A stretch of 31,501 bases of DNA from a virus (Duplodnaviria > Caudoviricetes): the IMG/VR virus record IMGVR_UViG_3300033067_000018, positions 1-31,501 of that record. One strand, 5' to 3'. The notes beneath the pieces were generated by a model. That model was not told the origin of the DNA. It saw only the letters and a program-made list of their open reading frames with translations, and did no database searches. The number at the start of each line of letters is the position of its first letter. Positions within the stretch are counted from its first letter, which is position 1. Positions 1 through 9,722 of this stretch are shown here, piece by piece. The translations under genes and the position numbers were made by a program.

Positions 1-2
1 GA

Positions 3-161
3 AAACGTTGGGGATGGTATTCAAGTATCTATGCTCTTGCTCAAGGAAACGTTAGAAGATTTGATGAAGTTTCCAAGTTACCAATCACACAAAGTTTAAC
101 TTGGTTAACATTTGAAAAAGAAAAGACAGAAATAGAAATGAAATTAATAAATAAAAAATAA
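3..161 (+). CDS. 3' end of a gene truncated by the window edge (KRWGWYSSIYALAQG...KLINKK), possibly tail assembly chaperone-like
   Basis: Open frame read by hand from nt 3 to TAA 159-161, which overlaps the next ATG (TAATG coupling). Confidence 0.6.
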   Translation, partial: KRWGWYSSIYALAQGNVRRFDEVSKLPITQSLTWLTFEKEKTEIEMKLINKK

Positions 162-619
162 TGGTAGGATTTTATCAAGTATCAAAAGCTATTAAAGATC
201 AATTAGATGCAGATGTATTTGTAAATACAGTTACAATTGGTGACATCTTTAAAGTTGATTTAAACAAGCAAACTATATTCCCTTTATCACATATAATGCT
301 AAATACAGGTTCTTACAATGGCAATACATTTAATTATAATGTATCAGTTATTTGTATGGATATAGTAGATGAGTCAAAAGAAGCTACTACTGATTTATTT
401 GTAGGTAACGACAACGAACAAGATGTGTTAAACACACAAGAAATGGTTGCACGTAGATTAGTTGAAATGTTAAGACGTGGTGACTTGTACGATGATAAAT
501 TTCAATTAGCCAACGATTCAGCATCTATGGAATATTTTGTAGATAGATTTGAAAACAAAATAGCAGGTGTTACAATTACGTTTGATATAATTACACCTAA
601 TGAAATGACTATTTGCTAA
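161..619 (+). CDS. Putative tail terminator / tail completion protein
   Basis: 152 aa, acidic. The pattern (FPLSHI... then C-terminal beta strand GVTITFDI) and position fit siphophage tail terminators. Confidence 0.5.
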   Translation: MVGFYQVSKAIKDQLDADVFVNTVTIGDIFKVDLNKQTIFPLSHIMLNTGSYNGNTFNYNVSVICMDIVDESKEATTDLFVGNDNEQDVLNTQEMVARRLVEMLRRGDLYDDKFQLANDSASMEYFVDRFENKIAGVTITFDIITPNEMTIC

Positions 620-1156
620 ATGGAACTAAAAGAAGTCAATAGTGTTTTAATACGTTTTAGAAATTACGTGATTCAACAATCAAGAAGTAATTTATCTAAA
701 AGCCAAAAGAACGTTTCTAAGGAACTATACAATAGTTTGAAGGGCGAAGTTGTTACTGAAGATAATTATTCAATAGTAGGCTTTAAAATGGCTGACTATG
801 GTATGTTTCAAGATCAAGGGGTCAAAGGTAAAACAAGTTCAGCTAAAGCACCTAATAGTCCTTTTAGATTTGGATCAGGTACAGGTAAAAAAGGAGGTTT
901 AACTAAAAGCATATTAGAATGGGTACAAGCGAAACGTTTTCAATTCCGAAACAAAGAGAATGGGAAGCTTATGAGTTACAAGCAAACAGGGTATCTTATT
1001 TCTCGAAGTATTTTTCACAAAGGAATTAAACCAAGTTTATTTTTTACTAAACCTTTTGAAGCAGGATACAAGAAATACATAGATACAGATTTAATGAAAG
1101 CATTTAGTCAAGACATAGACACGATGATAGATTATAACTTAACAAATATAAAATGA
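620..1156 (+). CDS. Putative neck/tail completion protein (HK97 gp10-like, basic)
   Basis: Basic 178 aa with YGMFQDQGVKG and GIKPSLFFTKPF motifs typical of this class. Confidence 0.55.
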   Translation: MELKEVNSVLIRFRNYVIQQSRSNLSKSQKNVSKELYNSLKGEVVTEDNYSIVGFKMADYGMFQDQGVKGKTSSAKAPNSPFRFGSGTGKKGGLTKSILEWVQAKRFQFRNKENGKLMSYKQTGYLISRSIFHKGIKPSLFFTKPFEAGYKKYIDTDLMKAFSQDIDTMIDYNLTNIK

Positions 1157-2211
1157 TAATATATTCAAGAAGTCCATACTTCATAACAGTAAATGAAACA
1201 TCACAAGTTGGTTCTAAAATAGAATTAAGATTGTGGAATGGTACGGGTGCATCACCTACACCTGCAACTTATACATTTAGTAAACCTATTGCAAGTTCAA
1301 CTCAAATAGAAAATATCTATAATATTAGCCCTTTTGTAAAAGAATATATTGACAACGTTGCACCTAATTACGCTGCAGGTGAAACTGATTTAACTACAAT
1401 GTGGGTAAATGTTCAAGTAAAAAGATTTAAAGAAACTTCTACAGGTGTTTACACTTTGTTAGATACCACTACGTATTTAGGAACAAATGGATATACTGCT
1501 TTTTCTGATGGGTATAATTACACCAATGCTTCAGATACTTTTATGTTATTATCAGATAATGAAAAAGAAATTAAGTACGATATTAATAAACCTATTCCAT
1601 ACGTTAATGTATTAATAAACCCTGAAAGTGGAGATGTAGTAACTGCAACCTATAAAGATTTAAGAGGTAGAAATGAAGTAGTAGTTGGATATACAGAAAC
1701 TAAAGGAATGTTAAAGATTCCATTATCTACTACAAGTGTTAAATACAACAAAGGAAATACACTTACAATAACATACAACGAAACTACATTTCAGTATAAA
1801 GTTACACCAATTTGTGAGCCTAAATATTCACCCGTTGTTTGTTCTTATATTAACCGTTTTGGTGGTTGGCAGTTTTTAACCTTTTTTAAGACACGTATAG
1901 ACAACATAAATGTAAAGGGAAGTAACTACAACCTATTGCAAGATTCAATTAATTACAACACTTCTAAAGGCCAAAGCAAGTCATTTAACATTAATGGGAA
2001 ACAATCAGTTAAATTAAGTTCGGGATTTGTACCTGAAAATTATTCTGATTTGATTCAAGATTTGTTATTAAGTGAAACAGTTTTGTTAGATGGGCTACCT
2101 GTCGAGGTTAAAACACAATCAACAACTTTAAAGACTTCTTTACAAGACAGAAATATAAATTACGAAATAGAATTTGATTACGCATTCAACCTTATTAACA
2201 ACGTGATTTAA
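1153..2211 (+). CDS. Virion structural protein (tail tip / distal tail-like)
   Basis: 352 aa, beta-rich, YINRFGGWQF motif seen in Bacteroidota phage tail proteins; ATGA-coupled to the previous gene. Confidence 0.5.
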   Translation: MIIYSRSPYFITVNETSQVGSKIELRLWNGTGASPTPATYTFSKPIASSTQIENIYNISPFVKEYIDNVAPNYAAGETDLTTMWVNVQVKRFKETSTGVYTLLDTTTYLGTNGYTAFSDGYNYTNASDTFMLLSDNEKEIKYDINKPIPYVNVLINPESGDVVTATYKDLRGRNEVVVGYTETKGMLKIPLSTTSVKYNKGNTLTITYNETTFQYKVTPICEPKYSPVVCSYINRFGGWQFLTFFKTRIDNINVKGSNYNLLQDSINYNTSKGQSKSFNINGKQSVKLSSGFVPENYSDLIQDLLLSETVLLDGLPVEVKTQSTTLKTSLQDRNINYEIEFDYAFNLINNVI

Positions 2212-4298
2212 TGGTAACAGTAGGATTATATATATACATAAATGATGTAGCAAGAAGAATTGAATTATTTGAAGATGAAAAGATATCTATAAATAGTTCA
2301 GTTCAAAATGCTTCAGACATTTCAAAGGTGTACACTGATTTTAGTCAATCGTTTACAATACCTGCTAATGACCATAACAACAAAATATTTTCACATTGGT
2401 ATGAAAACTCAATAGATAATGGTTACGATGCAAGGCAAAGAAAAAAAGCATATATTGAATTAGACACTATACCTTTTAGAAAAGGAAACATTCAATTAGA
2501 AAAAGCTACTATAAAAAATGGAGTTCCTGAAAATTATACTATCACTTTCTTTGGTAGTTTAGTTTCTTTAAAAGATACTTTTGCAAATAAGAAATTATCT
2601 GAATTAGATTATTCAGCACATACTATACTTTATAGCCCTACTGAAGTAATTGATATAGTTAAAGGCGAAGTTACTAACGATGTTAAATTTCCTTTGATTA
2701 CATCTAATAGAGTTTGGGATGATGAGAATACTTCTACTTCTGTAGATATAACTGAATCGGCTACTGCAGTATTAACTTCTGAATTATTCCCTGCATTACG
2801 AATCAGTAAGATATTTGAATCTATTGCTTCAGATTATGGAATTACTTTAGAAGGTTCATTCTTAACAGATCCAAGATTTACAAGGGCTTTTTTATGGTTA
2901 AAGAATGCAGATGTATTTAAAGCCAAAAGTAGTGAATTACTAATTGATATGGTTTCTGCAAGTTCAGAAGATCCAATAGTAGATGGTGTAATTATTCCAA
3001 ACTTTACAAGTGATGTGTTTACATATAATGGATTGGGTTTTTATAACGATACAAACTATGTGGGATGTAATGCTGTTTTTTATTTTAATGCAGATGTAGC
3101 AGGAGTAGCTTGTACTTTAAATGTTTATAAAAATGGATCAATAGCATATTCAATTCCATTTGTATCTAACGATGCAGCTTCACCACAATTAGTAGCTACA
3201 ATTTTTAACGACGTACTTGGAGGTGGTGATTTAACAGGTAACTATCAATTGAAAGTTGTATCTGATACTTCTATAACATTTGATTCTGAAATTTTATTCA
3301 TAATTAAATATGAAGGAGATGGTATTGAACAAAAGAACTATTTAATAACAGACCTTGACGGCCAAGCAACTACTTCAGCTTTAAATTTGGCTTCATTTAT
3401 GCCTGATATAAAAGTAGAAGATTTCTTTAGTGGTATATTAAAAATGTTTAATCTAACTTGTTTGAGTTATGAAGAAAACAAATACGAAATAGAACAGTTG
3501 GAAGATTGGTACGATGCAGGGGATATTATAGATGTAACTGAACACATAATTTCAGATGATGTAGATATTAACAAATTACAAACTTTTAAAAACATAAACT
3601 TCAACTACATTAAGAGTGAAAGTTTTATGAACGTAGCTTATTCAGGAAACAATGGTTTTGAGTATGGTAATTTAAGAGCTGATTTAAATTCTGAAGGTTC
3701 TGATTATTCAATTCAACTACCATTTGAAAATTTATTATTCCAAAAGTTTACAGGGCAAAACCTTCAAGTAGGTTACTCTTTAAAAACAGATTTCAAACCT
3801 TACATTCCAAAACCTATTATTTTATATGATTATGGAACTTTACAAAGTTGTAATTTTTATTTAAAAGGATCAGGTTCGGCAATTAATATAACTACCTACA
3901 ATGCATTCGGTCAAGATAGTTTAATTAGTAGCGTTAACCAAAGTATAAATTTTGGAATAGAAGTTAGTTCATTATTATTAACGCCAATTACTAATACTTT
4001 ATATTCTAACTATTATCAGAATTATTTAGAAAATATATACAATTTAAAGTCAAGAAAGTACAACGTAAAAGCTATTTTGCCTATTAGTCTATTAACTTAT
4101 TTAAAATTAAACAATAGATTGGTAATACGTGACAAGAAATATATTATTAATAATATGAAAATAGACTTGACAAGTGGTGAAGTTGATTTTGAATTAATAA
4201 ATGATTTTAGAAATTTAAGATCATCAATTACACCAATACCACCACCTGAACCAACAGCAGATTATTCATCAGATTATTCATCAGATTATTCTATTTAA
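2211..4298 (+). CDS. Large tail tip / baseplate hub-like protein
   Basis: 695 aa; N-terminal FSQSFTIPA...N..IF motif of Bacteroidota phage tail proteins, a variable-looking central insert, and a Pro-rich linker plus DYSS repeats at the C terminus. Confidence 0.55.
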   Translation: MVTVGLYIYINDVARRIELFEDEKISINSSVQNASDISKVYTDFSQSFTIPANDHNNKIFSHWYENSIDNGYDARQRKKAYIELDTIPFRKGNIQLEKATIKNGVPENYTITFFGSLVSLKDTFANKKLSELDYSAHTILYSPTEVIDIVKGEVTNDVKFPLITSNRVWDDENTSTSVDITESATAVLTSELFPALRISKIFESIASDYGITLEGSFLTDPRFTRAFLWLKNADVFKAKSSELLIDMVSASSEDPIVDGVIIPNFTSDVFTYNGLGFYNDTNYVGCNAVFYFNADVAGVACTLNVYKNGSIAYSIPFVSNDAASPQLVATIFNDVLGGGDLTGNYQLKVVSDTSITFDSEILFIIKYEGDGIEQKNYLITDLDGQATTSALNLASFMPDIKVEDFFSGILKMFNLTCLSYEENKYEIEQLEDWYDAGDIIDVTEHIISDDVDINKLQTFKNINFNYIKSESFMNVAYSGNNGFEYGNLRADLNSEGSDYSIQLPFENLLFQKFTGQNLQVGYSLKTDFKPYIPKPIILYDYGTLQSCNFYLKGSGSAINITTYNAFGQDSLISSVNQSINFGIEVSSLLLTPITNTLYSNYYQNYLENIYNLKSRKYNVKAILPISLLTYLKLNNRLVIRDKKYIINNMKIDLTSGEVDFELINDFRNLRSSITPIPPPEPTADYSSDYSSDYSI
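4258..4291 (+). repeat. 12-bp tandem repeat CAGATTATTCAT x2.8 encoding (A/S)DYS repeats
   Basis: Copies at 4258, 4270 and 4282 (last one partial). Confidence 0.9.
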
Positions 4299-4310
4299 AA
4301 ATAAAAAAAA

Positions 4311-4694
4311 ATGACAAAAGCAGAAATACAAGCGTTAATAGATTCAAATTTAGCTTCAGCAAGTGCTATTACAGCAATAAAACATAGAGAGGTAGAAAAC
4401 GCATTACTTGATTTTATGGATGCATTTACAGCATCAAAAATATTAGCAAAAGGAACAGTTACAGTTGGTGACGTAGGTGACCCATCTACAATTGCAGTAA
4501 CATTCCCTTCTACATTAGCAGATACTAACTATGTGGTTTCAGGTAGTTTAGTTTCTAACGGAACTTTGAGTTCTGATAGTAATTGTTTTTGGATGGTAAG
4601 AAGTAAAACTACAAGTGGGTTTACTTTAGTTGTTCAAGAAACAAGCAGAACAACACAAAACCTTTCGTTTGACTATGTAGTATTTAAAAGATAA
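4311..4694 (+). CDS. Small tail-associated protein with a lectin-like (H-type lectin/gp53-like) C-terminal beta domain
   Basis: VTFPSTLADTNYVV...KTTSGFTL...FDYVVF pattern resembles fibre-tip beta-sandwich domains; helical N terminus. Confidence 0.5.
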   Translation: MTKAEIQALIDSNLASASAITAIKHREVENALLDFMDAFTASKILAKGTVTVGDVGDPSTIAVTFPSTLADTNYVVSGSLVSNGTLSSDSNCFWMVRSKTTSGFTLVVQETSRTTQNLSFDYVVFKR

Positions 4695-4696
4695 TT

Positions 4697-4846
4697 ATGA
4701 TAAAAGAAATATTAAAACTTTTGATGATGGGTGACCATTATGGACAAAGTAAAACAATAGAAATAGCTAAAGGCAAATATGAATTGCCAAATAGTTGGGC
4801 AAAAGGATTTAATCAAATTAAAAGAGTTATAAAATGGCAGAAATAA
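4697..4846 (+). CDS. Small hypothetical protein, 49 aa (MIKEILKLL...IEIAKGKYELP...)
   Basis: Not in the ORF track; fills the gap exactly and overlaps the tape measure start. Confidence 0.7.
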   Translation: MIKEILKLLMMGDHYGQSKTIEIAKGKYELPNSWAKGFNQIKRVIKWQK

Positions 4847-6723
4847 AAACGGTAGAACTTCATATTAAATCAAACGTAGATACTGCATCTAAGGAATTTG
4901 ATAATTTTGCGAAGTCAATAAAAGCAGTTGATACTTCTGCTACAAACTTAGACGCTACATTTGAAGAAGTTTATGGTGACTTACAGCCATTGACTACAAG
5001 AATGGGTGAAGCTGAAGATAGATTATATGAATTAGCTTTAGCGGGTAAACAAGGTACAAAAGAATTTAAAGACTTGTTACAATCTGTAGGTAACTATAGA
5101 AAGACGCAAATACAAACCGATATGGTTGTAGATGCTGCTGCTACTACATTGGGTCAAAAATTAACAGGTTCATTAAATGCTGCTGCAGGTGGTTTTGCAT
5201 TGGTTCAAGGTTCAATGGCTTTGTTTGGAACTGAATCTGAAGATGTAGAAAAAGCTATATTGAAAGTACAATCTGCAATGGCTATTAGTCAAGGTGTAGA
5301 AACTATTAGAGAGGGTGCTAAAAGTGTGCAAGCATTAGGTGCTGCAATACGTGCTACTACTATATTTCAAAAAGCGGCTGCTGCTGCTCAATATGTTTGG
5401 AATGCTGCAATGGCTGCAAATCCATTAGGTGCATTAGTTGTTACAATAAGTGCTTTATTAGTTGGTGGATATAAATTAATTAAATTCTTTCAAGATTCAT
5501 CTGCTGCAAATGAAAAGGCTGCAAGTTCTACAAGAAAAAATACTTCTGCTTTAAAAGAACAAAGTATTGCTGCATCACAATCTTCTAACAAATTAAAATC
5601 TTATAACGACCAACAATATGCATTAGCACAAGCTGCAGGTGCATCAAATGAAGAATTAAGAAAGTTAGCTTTAAAACACAAAGAAGAAGAAATTGCTTTA
5701 AATAAAAAGAATGCAGTATTAGCACAAAGTACTTTTTTAAGAGAACGTGATACTTTAGCTGCTTTACAAAATTCAGGAGCAAGTGATGAGGTAATTGCTA
5801 ATCAAGAAAAATTAGTACAATCAACTTATGCTTCATTTAAAAAGCAAAATGAATTACTATCTAATTCTTATAAAGAACGTGCTGCATTAAGAAATGCAAA
5901 TGACGTGGCTGAAGTTTCTGAAAATCGTTTAAAGAAAGAAAAGATTGCAGAAGAAAATAAAATAGCAAAAGAAAAGGCTGATCAATTAGAATTAGAAGCA
6001 AGGGAAAAAGCTAAAGAACAAGCGGCTAAAGATTTAGAAGAATTTAATCAATTTCAAATAATTATAAATGAAGCCAAGTCAGCACAGAACATTGCTGATA
6101 TGGAAGCAAAGGAAAATAAAATAAATGACCTTTGGGAAATAGCAGGTGTAGTTGATGAATTAGAAGCACAAAATACTGCTACAACAAAAGCAGAGACAGA
6201 TGCAAGAATAGAACTTGCTAAAAAAGAAAAAGAAGCTAAAATACAAGCTGCAGAATCAGCAGCAAATACTTTAGGTGCTTTATCTGAATTGTTAGGAAAA
6301 GAAACTGCAGCAGGAAAAGCAGCCGCAGTAGCAAGTGCAACTATCTCTACATTTTTATCAGCACAAAAAGCGTATGAATCTACTGTAGGTATTCCAATTG
6401 TTGGGCCTGTATTAGCCCCTATTAATGCAGGTATAGCTATTGCAGCAGGTTTAAAAAGTATTAAATCTATTTTAGCAGTTAAAACACCAAGCGGTAACGG
6501 TGGATCAATGCCTTCAATATCTTCACCAACTTTAGGATCAAGTGCTAATACTTCAGTTTCTGCCGCACCTTCATTTAACGTAGTAGGTACATCAGGACAA
6601 AACCAAATAGCACAAAGTTTAGGTAATCAAGCACCTGTTAAAGCCTATGTAGTTGCTAACGATGTTAGTTCACAACAAAGTTTAGATAGAAATATTGTTA
6701 AGACTGCTACATTAGGTAATTAA
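4834..6723 (+). CDS. Tail tape measure protein
   Basis: 629 aa, Ala-rich and helical, AAQYVWNAAMAANPLG motif, coiled-coil centre, VKAYVV near the C terminus. Confidence 0.85.
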   Translation: MAEIKTVELHIKSNVDTASKEFDNFAKSIKAVDTSATNLDATFEEVYGDLQPLTTRMGEAEDRLYELALAGKQGTKEFKDLLQSVGNYRKTQIQTDMVVDAAATTLGQKLTGSLNAAAGGFALVQGSMALFGTESEDVEKAILKVQSAMAISQGVETIREGAKSVQALGAAIRATTIFQKAAAAAQYVWNAAMAANPLGALVVTISALLVGGYKLIKFFQDSSAANEKAASSTRKNTSALKEQSIAASQSSNKLKSYNDQQYALAQAAGASNEELRKLALKHKEEEIALNKKNAVLAQSTFLRERDTLAALQNSGASDEVIANQEKLVQSTYASFKKQNELLSNSYKERAALRNANDVAEVSENRLKKEKIAEENKIAKEKADQLELEAREKAKEQAAKDLEEFNQFQIIINEAKSAQNIADMEAKENKINDLWEIAGVVDELEAQNTATTKAETDARIELAKKEKEAKIQAAESAANTLGALSELLGKETAAGKAAAVASATISTFLSAQKAYESTVGIPIVGPVLAPINAGIAIAAGLKSIKSILAVKTPSGNGGSMPSISSPTLGSSANTSVSAAPSFNVVGTSGQNQIAQSLGNQAPVKAYVVANDVSSQQSLDRNIVKTATLGN

Positions 6724-6744
6724 CAAAAACCAATTAATTTAATT
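6721..6744 (+). promoter_or_regulatory. Candidate late promoter TAACAA-N12-TTAATT
   Basis: Same bipartite motif and spacing as at 8494, 11342 and 29070. Confidence 0.5.
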
Positions 6745-6760
6745 TATAAATAAAAATAAA

Positions 6761-7660
6761 ATGCGAATAGTAGAATTAATAATAGACGAAAAAGAAGACT
6801 TAAGTGGTGTTGAAGCTATTTCTGTTGTAGAATTTCCTGCAATAGAAGAAAACTTCATAGCACTTAACCAACAATTACAATTAGCTAAAGTGGATGACGA
6901 AAAGCGTATTTTAATGGGTGCTGCTTTAATTCCAAATAAAAACATTTACAGACGTAACGGTGAAGATGAATATTATATTTTCTTTTCAGATGCAACTGTA
7001 AAAAAAGCAAGTGAATTATTCTTAATGAATAGCAATCAAAACAACGCTACGTTAGAACACCAAAAAAAGATAAATGATTTATCGGTAGTTGAATCTTGGA
7101 TTGTAGAAGATACTGAAATGGATAAATCTAAAAAATATGGTTTAAATGCACCTGTTGGTACTTGGATGGTTTCAATGAAAGTAAACAATGATACTATTTG
7201 GAATGATTTTGTAAAAACAGGAAAAGTGAAAGGCTTTAGTATTGAAGGATATTTTGCTGATAAATTAGAAATGAGTTTACAGTTAGAAAAAGAGGAAGAG
7301 TTGATTAATAAAATTAAAGATATAATTTTAAACAACGAAAAAAAAAAGATTGATTTAGAATCTTATACAGATTACCCACAACAAGCTACAGAAAATGCTA
7401 AAATAGCTTTACGTTACGCTGAAGAAAATGGTTGGGGTAGTTGTGGTACTGCAGTAGGCAAAGCAAGAGCAAACCAATTAGCAAACAGGGAGCCAATAAG
7501 TGAAGATACTATTGCAAGAATGGCTTCGTTTGAAAGGCAAAGGCAAAATTCAAATAAAGAATTAGGTGATGGTTGTGGCCGTTTAATGTGGTTAGCTTGG
7601 GGTGGAGATGCAGGTGTTGAATGGGCTCAAAGGAAATTAAAATCTATTAGAAACCAATAA
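6761..7660 (+). CDS. Prohead protease (XkdF-like serine peptidase) with a ~100 aa C-terminal extra domain
   Basis: ATLEH, VVESWIV, GTWMVSMKV and VKGFSIEG motifs; located upstream of scaffold and capsid. Confidence 0.8.
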   Translation: MRIVELIIDEKEDLSGVEAISVVEFPAIEENFIALNQQLQLAKVDDEKRILMGAALIPNKNIYRRNGEDEYYIFFSDATVKKASELFLMNSNQNNATLEHQKKINDLSVVESWIVEDTEMDKSKKYGLNAPVGTWMVSMKVNNDTIWNDFVKTGKVKGFSIEGYFADKLEMSLQLEKEEELINKIKDIILNNEKKKIDLESYTDYPQQATENAKIALRYAEENGWGSCGTAVGKARANQLANREPISEDTIARMASFERQRQNSNKELGDGCGRLMWLAWGGDAGVEWAQRKLKSIRNQ

Positions 7661-7662
7661 CT

Positions 7663-8283
7663 ATGAAAAATACCGCATTTAGAGTACACGTAGAAGAAGC
7701 AAGTCAGTTAGAAGTTAATAATGTAAATATAGAACAAGGCGCAATGCTTGTAACTAATGAATCTTTGTTTATGGGATTCAATAACGAACAAGTTAGAGTG
7801 TACCCACCACAATCAGATAAAATGGGTTTGGGTTGGGCAAGATATGATGATACACAATATACAAGTGCAAGTCCTTATTCATTTACAACTACTGCTTTTT
7901 TAGTACCTAACAATGCGGGTAACGTTATAGACACACATATTCATTCAAATATTGAATACTATAATAATAGTAAAATATATGCAGAAAACAATGCTGATGT
8001 ATATGCTATTACGATTGCTTTTAAAGCTAAAATATCTAATGCTAATGGTCATTTAGATTTATTTTTAGAAGGTGGCAATGGAACACCTTATGATAGAATA
8101 AGAGAAGCAGTTACATTTCCAAAAGGAGCAAACGTAGAACAATCTTTTGCTAAAACATTTCAATACTATGCTGATGAAGATGTAGTAACAAATGGTTTAG
8201 AAGTTAAGATACAAGCATCACATTCAGGTAGTATCTACGATGTTATATACTTTATTCAAAGAACGCAGAATCACAAATATTAA
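7663..8283 (+). CDS. Hypothetical virion protein, possibly head fibre/decoration
   Basis: 206 aa in the head module; short N-terminal anchor-like segment followed by a beta-rich jelly-roll-like region. Confidence 0.35.
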   Translation: MKNTAFRVHVEEASQLEVNNVNIEQGAMLVTNESLFMGFNNEQVRVYPPQSDKMGLGWARYDDTQYTSASPYSFTTTAFLVPNNAGNVIDTHIHSNIEYYNNSKIYAENNADVYAITIAFKAKISNANGHLDLFLEGGNGTPYDRIREAVTFPKGANVEQSFAKTFQYYADEDVVTNGLEVKIQASHSGSIYDVIYFIQRTQNHKY

Positions 8284-8489
8284 TGTTAAATAAATTACTA
8301 AAAATTATGGGTAAATCAAGTTCGCCAAAAGGTGGAAAACGTGGGTGTCTATGTAAAGACAATACATACAACAAAGAATGTTGCAATGGGGAATTAGCAA
8401 ATCAGGGTATTGGTTCAACTGTATCACAAGGTGGTGCTACTGTAACTGTAGTAGATGGAACTAAAACTATTGTTAGAAGCAATGGTTAA
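8283..8489 (+). CDS. Small Cys-rich head-module protein (GCLCKD...ECCNG)
   Basis: 68 aa ORF, TAATG-coupled; the start could instead be ATG 8307. Confidence 0.6.
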   Translation: MLNKLLKIMGKSSSPKGGKRGCLCKDNTYNKECCNGELANQGIGSTVSQGGATVTVVDGTKTIVRSNG

Positions 8490-8493
8490 TTTA

Positions 8494-8517
8494 TAACAAA
8501 ACTTTTTTTATTTTATT
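8494..8517 (+). promoter_or_regulatory. Candidate late promoter TAACAA-N12-TTTATT
   Basis: Intergenic, upstream of scaffold/capsid; shared motif. Confidence 0.55.
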
Positions 8518-8544
8518 AAAGAAATATAAACAAAATTTATTAAT

Positions 8545-9126
8545 ATGAGTGTAATCAATGAAATTAAGACTTTGCTTGGAATGGAAGTGAAGCTTAGCCA
8601 AATGAAACTCGAAAATGGTACGGTAATCGAAGCAGAAGCTTTTGAACCTGAAATGGCTGTTTTTATAGTTAACGAGGAAGATAGAATTGCAATGCCTGTA
8701 GGTGAATACCTTTTAGAAGATGGAATGCTTTTGAAGGTTGAAGTTGAAGGTGTTATTGCTTCTATCGAAATGCCTGAAGAAGTAATGCCTGAAGCTGAAG
8801 TTGAAGTTGAATCTCCTGAAGTTGAGGTTGAAGTTGAAGCATCTGCTCCTATGGCTACTCCTAAAAGGATTGTAGAATCTGTTTCTAAAGAAATGTTCTT
8901 TTCTGAAATTGAAAAATTAAGAAATGAAATTGCTGAATTGAAAGGTGTAAAACTTTCTGCTGATGAAGAAGATAAAACTGATGAAGATTTAAAATCTAAA
9001 GAAGTTGAATTAAGTGTTGAACCACTTACACATTCTCCTGAAGTTAAAGCTCCACAAGTTCAAAAATTCGGCGCATCAAGACCAATGACTACTCAAGATA
9101 GAGTTATGGAAAAACTTTTTAAATAA
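8545..9126 (+). CDS. Capsid scaffolding protein
   Basis: Very acidic (EVEVE repeats), coiled coil, lies between protease and capsid, biased codon usage. Confidence 0.7.
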   Translation: MSVINEIKTLLGMEVKLSQMKLENGTVIEAEAFEPEMAVFIVNEEDRIAMPVGEYLLEDGMLLKVEVEGVIASIEMPEEVMPEAEVEVESPEVEVEVEASAPMATPKRIVESVSKEMFFSEIEKLRNEIAELKGVKLSADEEDKTDEDLKSKEVELSVEPLTHSPEVKAPQVQKFGASRPMTTQDRVMEKLFK

Positions 9127-9138
9127 TAATTAAAGAGT

Positions 9139-9711
9139 ATGTTTCATTTTACATATCAGACAAAAAATATTTTAAATAATAAGACTTATGTAGGAATTCA
9201 TTCTACAAAAAATCTTAATGATGGATATTTAGGTTCAGGTATAGCATTACAAAAAGCAATAAAAAAATATGGTAAAGAAAATTTTACTATGATTCCATTA
9301 GCTTTTTTTGATAGCAGGAATGAAGCATTAGAAGAAGAAGCTTTTATTGTTGATTTAAAATGGGTTAATGATGAAAATAATTACAATTTATCAGGAGGAG
9401 GTACGGCAAATAAAGTCACTTCTGAAGAAACTAAATTAAAATTATCTAACGCATTAAAAGGTAGAGAGGTTTGGAATACAGGTATTGAAATGAAAGATAG
9501 TACTAAAGTATCTTTATCTAAATCTAAAACTGATTATATAATTGAACAATATAATAAAAAAGGCATTCTTTTAAATTCATTTGATAATTTGTACGAAGCT
9601 TATAATTCTATTAATGGAGATAGAAAAAGTATTTGGAAAGCATTAAATGGAAAACGCAAAACATATTATGGTTTTGTTTGGATTAAAAAAAATAAAAATA
9701 ATAATAATTAA
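9139..9711 (+). mobile_element. Free-standing GIY-YIG (Seg-like) homing endonuclease with NUMOD3/NUMOD1-like DNA-binding modules
   Basis: FTY...YVG, GYLGSG, YNL..GG catalytic domain; SEETKLKLS (NUMOD3-like); IEQY..KG.....F..L.EA...I.KAL.GKRKTYYGFVW (NUMOD1-like); more AT-rich than its neighbours. Confidence 0.85.
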
Positions 9712-9722
9712 ATATTTATACT

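Noticed and set aside
2192-2200. TTATTAACA DnaA-box-like 9-mer
   Set aside because: Inside coding sequence (LIN codons) and expected by chance at this AT content
8781-8840. GAAGTTGAAGTT-type repeats
   Set aside because: Explained by low-complexity EVEVE coding in the scaffold
9127-9722. Group I intron around the GIY-YIG gene
   Set aside because: Only 11-12 nt flank the ORF and both neighbouring genes are intact, leaving no room for a ribozyme core
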